Positions 54,290 through 64,000 of a stretch of 64,000 bases of DNA are shown one piece after another. Under the pieces are notes generated by a model. It was not told the DNA's origin, searched no databases, and saw only the letters and a program-made list of their open reading frames with translations. This stretch comes from Camelus dromedarius (taxonomy: Eukaryota). Position numbers and translations under genes: made by a program. Numbering within the stretch: position 1 is the stretch's first letter; the number at the start of each line of letters is the position of its first letter. The stretch covers positions 5,272,001 to 5,336,000 of the forward strand of contig NC_087438.1 of NCBI RefSeq assembly GCF_036321535.1. The letters run 5' to 3'.

Positions 54290-55385
54290 CATGCATTCAG
54301 CCAATCATTTGTGGAATCGCTCAAAATCTATTTATTGAGTAGTAGTATTTCTATACCAAGCATAGCTAGAGATGCTGGAAAAGCAGCAGTAACCCCCAAA
54401 AGTCCTTTCTCTCATTTAACTTACACTCTATTGGGGGCACAACAATGATGTAATAAACAAATTCATATCAGTTATTTAGTGGTGATAAGTTTTGAGAAAA
54501 ATTAAAACAGTGGGGAACTGTAGAGTTGAGGAGAGGTGGTATTTCAGATGAGGGCTGTTGGAGACACATCACTGACTCAGTGATATTGAAACAGAAATCT
54601 GAGTAAATTGAAATGGGAATGATGTGGATATCTGGCAGAAGAACATTCTAGATGATGGGAGCCACAGGTGTGTTCAAGGACCAGGAAGGAGTGGTGGTGG
54701 GAGCAGAGTGAGTTCAGGGAGGGCAGTGGAGATGGGGGCATAGGAACCTGCAGGAGGTGGGGCGTGTTGGCCCTCACAGCTACTGGAGGAACTTTGGACT
54801 TGATGCTGAGCGTGATGGGGAGCCCTGGACTACTCCCAGCTGAGGACATGATCTAGTGGTGCTTCAAAGTATTGCTCTTGCTGCTCCAGAAGAGGGTGGG
54901 AGGAAATAGGAAGACCGTGTAAGATGATGGTTTGCACTAGAGTGGCAGTGGAGGTGTAAAACGTGGTCAAATTCTGGGATACATTATTAAGAACTGTAAG
55001 AAAAGTCTTGCTACTGGATGGGAAATGAAGAATGAGAAAGAGAAGTTCTGTGGGGGTTTTTTTGTTAATTTTGGCTTTTGATTTTGGCCTGAGCAACTGG
55101 AAAAATTGGGTAGTCATTTACAGAGGGGGAGAATCCTGGGGAAGGAACAGGTTGGAGAGGGGCATGAAATGAGGGGCACAGCTCCAGGCATCAGTTTGTG
55201 TGTGCGTATTAGACATCCAGGCCATGGGGCTTCGCAGAGGCAAGAAGCGCATGTGTGACCCCGTGGTTCATGGGGGAGTGAGGGGTGGGGCCGTAATTCA
55301 GAAAAATCAGCACACAGCTAGGATACCTGTGGGAGGGGATGAGCTCACCTAAGGAGTGAGTGTAGAAAGAGAAGACTGTGGACCT
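54290..55385 (+). mobile_element. L2 LINE 3' portion
   Basis: cattcagccaatcatt...tatttattgag start; tggatatctggcagaagaacattctag; ttttggcctgagcaactggaaaaat. Confidence 0.8.
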
Positions 55386-56489
55386 CCTGAAAATTCAAGT
55401 CTTCTGTCCTTATGCTGCTATGAAATGGAAGCTCTTTGCTCTGCCGGATGGAACCCTTTTTCCCTTTCCCACATCACAGGACCTTCAAGTGGCCAGAACA
55501 TCACAAAGCTGCTAAGTCTGAGTGTCAGGGAAAGGCTGCTGTAATCTGTCCTGGTGATGGATATTTAAATGCCTTTTCACCTTTTGATTCTTTTTTTCTT
55601 TTGCCAAATTCTCCTTCATTTTGAAGTTCTATCACTTGTCACTTAAAAGGGGGGTGGGTATTATTTCTTGCTGACTATAAGGAAGAGTTTTCATCCCTCA
55701 GTTCTCATTGTCCTTGTTAAACACTGTGTAACAGATGTGAACAGAGCATTGATCTGTGTCATTCCTGGGGGAGGAAGCTGAGGATACAGAGGGAGGTGGC
55801 ACATGAAAGTCATCACATTAAATAGAACTCCAGAGAAAAACACCATTATTTACCCAGAGAAATGGTTTATAATTAATATAACTTTTAGACTTTTGGAGAG
55901 AGGATGCATATCTCTGCTGGATTTTTCTGTCAGCAAATGTGCTTCGTCGTCTCCATTGGGACCACTTGTAAGCAACAAACTGGCTGGAAAAAGAGAGAGG
56001 AGAAAGCACCTTGTCTCAAATCAGCCTTTGCCATATAATGTAACAATACACTTGATTAAAGTGCCAAAGTCAGAAATTACCAGTAAAAAGTGTAATTTTT
56101 CTTGCCTCCTGACAAGGGAGAGTCAAGTTTGTTTTTCAGAGTATATAAATCAAATTATGCCTATATGTTAAAAAAAAACAGCTTTGCAACCAGAATGTTA
56201 ATTAAAATTGATTGTATTACACAAACAACTTGGTGTGCTTAATGAGCCTGAACGTGCTTTTGACAGAACGGGAAGGGTAAATGGTTATAATTAAGAGCTT
56301 TAGACCAACCATTACTTCGCCTCGTGGTAGTTCTTGTTCCCTGGGGTGAAAGTTACATCCAACAGACGTGAGTGTCAGTGTGTCATGGACTGGAGCACTG
56401 GATAGCCCCTGGTGGCACCCAGCAGGGAGAGTGAGCCACTCTGGGTCTGGATCTCAAGTTATGACATCATATTCTACATATGAGATCAT

Positions 56490-57285
56490 ACTATCTACTT
56501 GAAGAGACCAATTTACTTCTTCCTGTCCCATTTAGTGCCTTTTATTTCATTTTCCCTGGCTGGAACCTGCAGTGTAACATTCAATAGAAGTTGCCACAGC
56601 ACACGAGTATTCTTGTTCATGCTCTTAGGAGGAAAGCATCCAGTCTGTCATCATTAAGTGTGATGTTACCTGTCGGTTTTTCATAGATGCCCTTTATCAG
56701 GATAAAGGAAATCCCTTTTAATCATCTGCTGAAGGTTTTTATAATGAAAGGGGGTTGGACTTTTTCCTATTGAGCTTTTGAGATGACCATGTGGGGTTTT
56801 TTCCCCTTATCGTATTAATACATTGTATCACATAAATTGATTTTCAGATATTAAACCAACCTTGCATTTCTCAGATAAATCCCACTTGGTCATAGTATAT
56901 AATCCTTTTTATATGGACTAGATTTGGTTTGCTAATATTTCATCAAAGGTGTTTGTATCTATATTTGTAAGACATATTGGTGTCCAGTTTTGTTTTCTTA
57001 TGATGTTCTTGTCTGATACTGGTATCAGGGTGATACTGGACTCATGGAATTAGTTGGTAACTGTTCCATCCCATTTATTTTCTGGAGCAGTTTTGAAAAA
57101 GTGGCATTAATTCTTCTTTAAGTGTTATGTAGAATTCACCACTGAAGCCATCTGAGAATGTGCTTTTTCTTTGTGAATAGTTTTAATTTTTGCTTTGTTT
57201 TTTAATTCCTAATTCAATCTCTTTACTTTTATAGGTCTGTTTGGGTTTTCTGTTTCTTATTGAGTCACATCTGATAGTTGTGGCA
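56490..57285 (-). mobile_element. LINE-1 ORF2 (RT region) fragment
   Basis: tcttaggaggaaagcatccagtctgtcatcattaagtgtgatgtt, aaatcccacttggtcatagt, gtagaattcaccactgaagccatctg. Confidence 0.9.
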
Positions 57286-58499
57286 TAACATACTTTTAAG
57301 ATAATGCGCATTCCTGCTTTAAAGGGCACATGTCATCCATTCCACCAAAACAAAAAACAATGGTATTAGTATCACTGTTTTCCTTTACCAATTCCTTGTC
57401 CCGCTTTAATGGATTCTGACATTTGAGAAAAAGCAAAGTAGGGAACATGAGATGCATCCAGAAAAAAGATCACCAGGTGCTCTTCACTGTATCCAGTGGA
57501 GCATTATAAAATGTGGGAGTCAAATTTTAACACCCTTATTTTTCTCTCGGACTCTCATATAGCTGTTTGATCCAACTCTAGAATGTCCAGAGACTATATC
57601 CACCATCTTCATGGTGGAATGATTATTCCTAAAAACAAAAATTAAAATGCATTCCAGAAAACAAGAGCCTATGAAACTCACTGTATTACAAGGATCTTTT
57701 TTTTAAACTCAGCTTCACAAAATAAGTCACGTGACTTGAAAGGAGATTGACCCATGCTAATTCTCATTACATCTCTTGAGATTTGTGTAGTTAAAGGCCA
57801 GTATAATCCATAATCACCCATTCATAAGGAAATTCAGATACGGCATAACCTATGGAATATGTAGGTATTTTCTCAATACTTCTAATGAAAACTGAATGGT
57901 TTGCTCTTTATCAAAGGAAAAAGGAAGAAAGTTGGAAAAGTATCTGATTCTAATTATTCCTAGAATTCCATCTAACCACTCATGGTATCATACTACATAG
58001 AAAAAATGTGAGTTGATGGATTAGAGTCCTATAAAGAAAGCAGAAATGTCCTCAGGCATTTCAACAAGCAAATTTGATAAAGGAAAGTGTTTATCGAATG
58101 AGAGGAAAGCTGAGAAACAGAACAGGGGATGGGAAAGCAACCAAGAGGAACAGGAGAACTTGCTACCACCCTAAGTTTGAAATGACACAGGGTGGATGTG
58201 GTGTCACCGGAAACTCAGGCTCCTGCACCTTCCTGCAGACACGGGACCATGAGTAGGCAGAACGCGTGCCGGACATGGACCTGGAACCTCAGGGACAGCA
58301 GGAGTGGCAGCCCTTTCAGAAAACGACTGCTGAATAGAGAGCAAGAAAAAGTGCCCAGGCTTCTTCCTTCCCGCCCTTCCAGTCTTCCTCCGCTACGTCT
58401 CTTGGGGAACCAGTTGGCAACCTTCTTAGAACCAGTTGGCAAAGAGTCTGGAAAACGGAGTTTGTAGGAGATGGGATGGAAATGTGTTTGAAAACAAAC

Positions 58500-60940
58500 A
58501 GGAAATTACCAGCACGCTTAGTGACAGATTTTCCCAAACTTGTGGAAAGACATCAGCCTCCAAAGGCAAGAACCTCTGTGAACAACAGCAAGAAGAATAA
58601 ATGTCAGTAACACATGTGGTGTTATTATATTCAAACTGCTGAAGCCAAAGGGGAAAAGAAGAAAAAATTAACCTTAAATGCAGCCAGAGGGAAAAGACCT
58701 TGCATAAAAGTGAGGACTGACTTCTCATCAGAACCACTGATATAAATATGGTTCATCCTGAATGACATATTCAGTAAAAAGATTCATCTTTTTACGAGGT
58801 GAAAGATATTTTGTAAATGAAAGAAAGCTAGAGGAATTCATCACCAGCAAACCTCTAGTTTTGCCGAGAAAAGAGATGCTAATGGAAGTTCTTCAAGTTG
58901 AACTGAAATTATACCAGAAGCAAATTATACCAGAATCCTCACAAGAGAATGAAGAGCAGGATATGCTTAATATGTGAGAGTGTGCACTTACATGGTATTA
59001 ATTTTTCTGAAGGACAGCAGATTATTTAACACAAAAATAATAACTACAGTAAGAATTCTGATGGGGAGGAGAGTGGGGTTAAATTGTTGTCAGGATCTTT
59101 TGTATTTTTAAAGTGGTGCAATGTTAATGCTAAGTGACTTCTGATAAATTAATAATGTTTATTTTATTTCTTGAACAATCACTAAAAAGCACAAAGAGGT
59201 ATAGCTTAAAAAATCAATGGAAGAAATAAAAAATACTATGGAAATATTAGATTAATGGAAAATGGCAGTAAAGGAGGAAGACAGAACCAAAAAGGCATGA
59301 GACAAACAGAAAACAAATGGAAAATGGTTTAAAACCAGGCGTATTATTATATGTATAAGGATTAAACACTTCAAATAAAAGCATGACAAAGCCACGTACT
59401 GTCTACAACAGATGTGCTTTCAATACAGAAGGAAGTTAGGTTGGAGTTAAGAGGATGGAAAATAGATTATATAAACAGTAAGCATAAGGAAGCTATGGTA
59501 CATATATTAATATCAGACAAAGTAGATATGAAAGCATGAAGTATTAACAGAGATAGAGTGACATTGAAAAATAATGAAAGGTTCAATTCATCAGAAAATG
59601 CAAAATTTTTAAATGAAACATACTTAAAACACAGCTATAAAATACTTGAAAGGAAAAATCTTGAAAAAACAAAGAAAGAATTAGACTAATCAATAATCAG
59701 ATTAGATCTTTTATATCCCTTACTATATATAAGGATATTGAAAATCTGAGCAAGATTATCAGCTTCCTGTGAATTGGCATTCATAGAACACTAAATCCAA
59801 TAGTAAAATACATGTTATGTTAAACTGCACGTGGAATATTGACCAAGATATAATATATATTATATATAGACATGATATAATACATTAATATATAAAATCA
59901 TCTCAAGGGCGAGAGTAAGGTCATAGGTAGTGTGCTCAATCCCCAGAACCTCCATTAAAAAAAAAGAATAAATAAATAAATAAATCTAGTTACCCCCCAA
60001 AAAAGTTATTTTTAAAAAGTATTAAATATAAATAAATAAAAGTATCTCCACAAATTTGAAAAGATTGAAATAAATATGAAAAGATGAAAGTCTTACAGTC
60101 TGATACCAAACTACACTGACGTCAAATTAGAAATTGAAAACAATAGAATATCTAAAAATAACTCCCAACTATCTCAATGTTAAACTGTGTACGTCTGAAT
60201 AACCTACAAGTCAAATTTAAAAAATCGCAAGACAAATTGAAAAATGTTTTGTGTCTCACAATACAATGTGTGGAATATAACTAAAACAGTAGTTTAGAGA
60301 GGAATTTATAGCTTTAAAATGCTTGTATTTGAAAAGGAGAATGGATTAAAAATCAGTTCTTTATGTTTCCAACTTAGGAAACCAGAAAAAAGATAAGCAA
60401 ATCCAGTAAGTAGAGGGGGATTAATATTAAAGAAGAAAGAAGAAGTCAATAAAATAGAAAGCAACCAATACTGAAAAATACAAAGCTAAAAAGTTGGTTC
60501 TTTGAAAAAGTTGAAAAATGCCTAAACCAGTAGCAAGACTGATCAAGAAAGAAAAAACAGTAATAATCACTAACCACCCAAACTAATAATACAAGGAATA
60601 AACGGGGATTTACTACCGAACCTACAGATTTTAGCAAGATAAATATGGAATGTTATAAATTACTCAGGGCCAAAAAGATTTACAATTTAGATAAAATGGG
60701 AAAATTCATTGAAAAAAGCAACTTACCAAAACTGACACACAGTGGAATAGAAAATGTAAATGGGTATTTACCTATCTTAGAAATTAAATAATAATTTTAA
60801 TTTTAAATAATTTTAAATGTATGAATTTAAATAATTTAAATTTAAATATAAATTTAAAATTAAATAATAAATTAAAAAAAATTTTTTTTTACTCAAGTGA
60901 TTTCTGTGTGAATTTTACCAGACATTTTAAGAAAATAAGA
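58500..60940 (+). mobile_element. Old LINE-1: ORF1 C-terminus, spacer and ORF2 endonuclease region, degraded
   Basis: ORF 58762-58977 resembles the L1 ORF1 tail (KLEEFITSKP..KEMLMEVLQ); ORF2 phrases tattaatatcagacaaagtaga and aaaagttggttctttgaaaa. Confidence 0.85.
59905..60034 (+). mobile_element. Internally deleted vic-1-like SINE nested in L1
   Basis: tcaatccccagaacctccattaaaaaaaaagaataaataaataaataaatctagttacccccc; imperfect flanking repeat taaaatcatctc / taaaagtatctc. Confidence 0.75.
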
Positions 60941-61039
60941 TGGAAAGAACTGGTCAAATATGAACAGATTTTATAATTGTGAATGGATAAAAATGCCCTG
61001 TTCTTGGAAAGAGGCTCACAGATTGAGGCTGCAAACCAA

Positions 61040-62560
61040 ACGCCACTTCTGTACCACTTTTACAAGATCTAGCTAAACATAAAAGACAGAGAAAGGTTGG
61101 AAATAAAGGATGAAAAATAGTTATTTCAGGGAACAGAAAAAAAAGGAAACCACAGTAAAATAGATTTCTCACAATACAGAGTTCAAATGAAAGGCACTTA
61201 GCATGAATAAAAAGACATATTACAGTACAGTCACCAAGAAAAGTTAACAATCACAAATCTTTATGCACTTCAGCATCTCTTTGAAATAAATAGACACTGT
61301 TAAAATGTTCAGATGTATTGACAGACCCACAGTCTTAGTTGGAAATGTTAATACATTCAATAAAACTGACAGACCAAATTGAACCAATAAATCAGCCCAC
61401 TGAGGATCTGACTAACTCATCAGGCTCTGACAGTAGATGTATTTAAAGAACATGCTTTGTTTCCAGCAAAAAGAAAATATATATCATTTTCAGAAATCCA
61501 TGAGACATAATAGAAATAGAACATATTTAATCACACCCCAGAAGAAAAATAAATTGTCAAAGTACAAATAATGGAGACCACCATCTCTGATCAAACCTAA
61601 TGAAATGAGAAATGACAAGGACAGACCAAAAATAATCTCCTTGTGAAATTACTCTCGTGTTAAAAGGAAATGGAAGTTGAAATTACAGGCTTTTTAGAAA
61701 AGAATGGCAATGAGTAGCTATAAATCAAAAGCTGCAGGAATAGGCTAAAGCAGTAATTATGGGAATATTTATGGCCTTAAATGCATTTATTAGAAAACAC
61801 AAAAGATTGACAATAAATGACAATCAGAAAAAGAACAATTAAAGTTTAAATAAAGAGGGAGGAAGAGATTTTTAAAAGTTAAATCAGAAACCAATAATAT
61901 AGAAAACAATCAGAAAGCATAGACCTTAATAAGCCAAAAGCTCATTCTTTGAGAAGATCAACAAAACATGCCAAGCTTCAAAAGTCCAAAGCAGAGAAAA
62001 TGGGAAAAATAACATTGAGGGTAAGAAGGAATTGCTTCAAATATGGAGACTTTTAAAGTAACAAGGGAATATTATGTAGAATATTTCACATTCAAAAATC
62101 TAAACAAAATGAATAATTTTATGGGAAAATAGAGTCAGTAAAACATGACAGAAATGTGACGTATCTACTCCTAAAAATACTAAAAATAGGACCTGGGTTA
62201 GGAACACAGTTGTGTGGACTTAAATCCTAACCGCACCACTTGATAGGGGTCTAACTTTGGGCAAGTTTCTCAACTTCTCTGGGCTTCAGTTTCTCTTTGG
62301 GAAAATGAATAAGAATCAGTGCTGTCCAGGATTACATAATCATATAAAGTCTTCACAACAGTGCTCGACACAGTAAATATTCTATCATCAGATTATCATA
62401 TTGTCACCATCATCACCATCACCCTCATTATCACCGGCTGGTTTTATAGCTGAGATTTACCAAATCTTCAATAAGAGATCATTCGTTAAATAGTTTCAGA
62501 CCTAAGAAAAAGATGCCATGTTTCTGAAGTCAGCCTTATGCAGCTGGAATTACCTTGACA
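61040..62560 (+). mobile_element. Second old LINE-1 ORF2 5' fragment, interrupted by a MIR
   Basis: ggaatatttatggccttaaatgcatttattagaaaac, ccaaaagctcattctttgagaagatcaacaaaa; resumes near 62436 with ggttttatagctgagatttaccaaatcttcaa. Confidence 0.7.
62190..62395 (+). mobile_element. MIR SINE
   Basis: actttgggcaagtttctcaacttctctgggcttcagtttctc...cacaacagtgctcgacacagtaaa. Confidence 0.8.
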
Positions 62561-64000
62561 CCAGCAAGGAACCAGGAGAGCACAGAGTCAAAGAAAACAC
62601 ATCAGAACTCTCTTATAAAGATGCGGGAGAAAGATGGCAAACGAAATGAGTCACTCAGATGAGTCACTGAGACTCTCCTCGGTCACCGGAGTAACCCAAG
62701 CCCACCACACCTCTGAGCTGTAGCCTGTCCTACACTCCCCTCCCGCCACATTGCCTGGCAAGCGGGAGGCTCTGAGAGTATGTGTTGGAGAAATGGTTAG
62801 ACTGGGGCTTCTGACCGGGGACTGAGGACCAGAGGGATATCTGAAAGAAAGGAGGGTATTCGGGATAGGGGAGGCGAGGAGGCATACGGTCCTCACCTCT
62901 GCGAGACTGTAAGCAGCTCAAAACAGGGATAACGTCTTACTGGTCTTCCTGCCATTACAGCCTAGCATGGGCCTGGCACAGGAGACCAGTCCACAATCCA
63001 GGCGTCTTTGGTATATAAACACCCTCCAAGCAGAGAGGTGTCTCATAAAATGTGAACAAATGTCATTATCAGGCCTGGTATTTGAAAGTGTCGTCTGTCG
63101 TGTCTGGAGATCACTCAGTACCCACTAAGTACATCATTGGGTCAGGCTCAAGTATACAGTGGTTTGAAGTCAAGGTTTTGTAGATCTTGCCCGACGTGTA
63201 ATCATCCCTCAAGATAGGGTAGGTGCCTGAGTGTGAGCCGAGTGGACCGTTCCCCTCCTGATGGGATTAGGAGGTTTACTCAGTTCGCTGAGGTTACCTC
63301 GTTTCCCTCCCCGCGGGACTCGCAGCTGTGCACCCGCTGGTTATTTCAGCTTGTTGCTGGTGGCATCTGAGTCGTCCATTCGCTGTATCGACGAGTCATC
63401 TCAGTGCCAGTCCTTCTGTCTCTTGTATCGCTAGCCAGCCCCACTGGACCAGGTTCCACTGTGGTCTCAGATACCACACGATCTCTTTGGATGTTTCATT
63501 TGAATTTCATCTCTGTTTATTCATTGTGGTTCACCATTTTTAATACCCCTGAACACATCTTCCTTTGGATTAAATGACAGTTTAAGAGGCCTTGAATTTT
63601 TTAACTAGTTAAATGGCCTCTCAGAAATGCATACAGTTCTTACAATTCTTACAAACACTTTTATCTACCTGTAACCTGCCAGGGGCAGAGTCTGTAACTT
63701 AGGGGGCACGTTTTCCACATGATCATCCACATGGATATTCATTGGTTGGTGCAGGTATGTAAAGGTCATGGCCGGGAAATCTTTGGGGAGCCTCAGTAAA
63801 CATTTAGCTGCATCAGTCTTGAAGGAAGTTGAATCTGGTTGGATTGTCCTGGGGAGAGCGAAGGCTCTGTCTCTAAGTGAGCAGGAGTGAAAACGGCATG
63901 AGGGCTTCGAGGGCATCGGTGTCAGGGACGAGGGCACCACGGTGGACATAGTCAAATGCGGTCATGAGAGTGCTGGTTGCTGGTTGCCGAGACAAGCCAT

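Noticed and set aside
56403..56418. CTCF-like motif (tgccaccaggggcta on the minus strand)
   Set aside because: Imperfect match to the core consensus; not supportable without a PWM score or ChIP data.
48461..64000. Next ADCY2 exon
   Set aside because: No transmembrane-coding exon with matching phase was found; it probably lies beyond the window end.
1..64000. CRISPR array, operon or other prokaryote-type system
   Set aside because: No regularly spaced repeats or gene-dense segment; the window is spliced mammalian gene sequence with common interspersed repeats.

Overview
Mammalian genomic DNA, probably camelid judging by its tRNA-Ala-derived SINE family. The whole window lies inside the adenylate cyclase 2 gene (ADCY2) on the + strand. 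Ten coding exons (1,151 nt; exons 5-14 by recalled human numbering) have canonical AG/GT boundaries and splice into one open frame. They encode the C1a catalytic domain, the C1b region and the first helix of the second transmembrane cluster. The rest is intron filled with LINE-1, L2, MIR, MaLR/ERV LTR, MER20 and SINE remnants plus microsatellites. Repeat subfamily names and edges are by-eye estimates. Most ORFs in the supplied track are chance ORFs or L1 remnants. I found no convincing novel biological system. The most noteworthy local features are two 5'-inverted L1 insertions with target-site duplications (TSDs), an apparently retroposed polyadenylated LTR fragment, and a 9-nt direct repeat spanning both ends of one intron.
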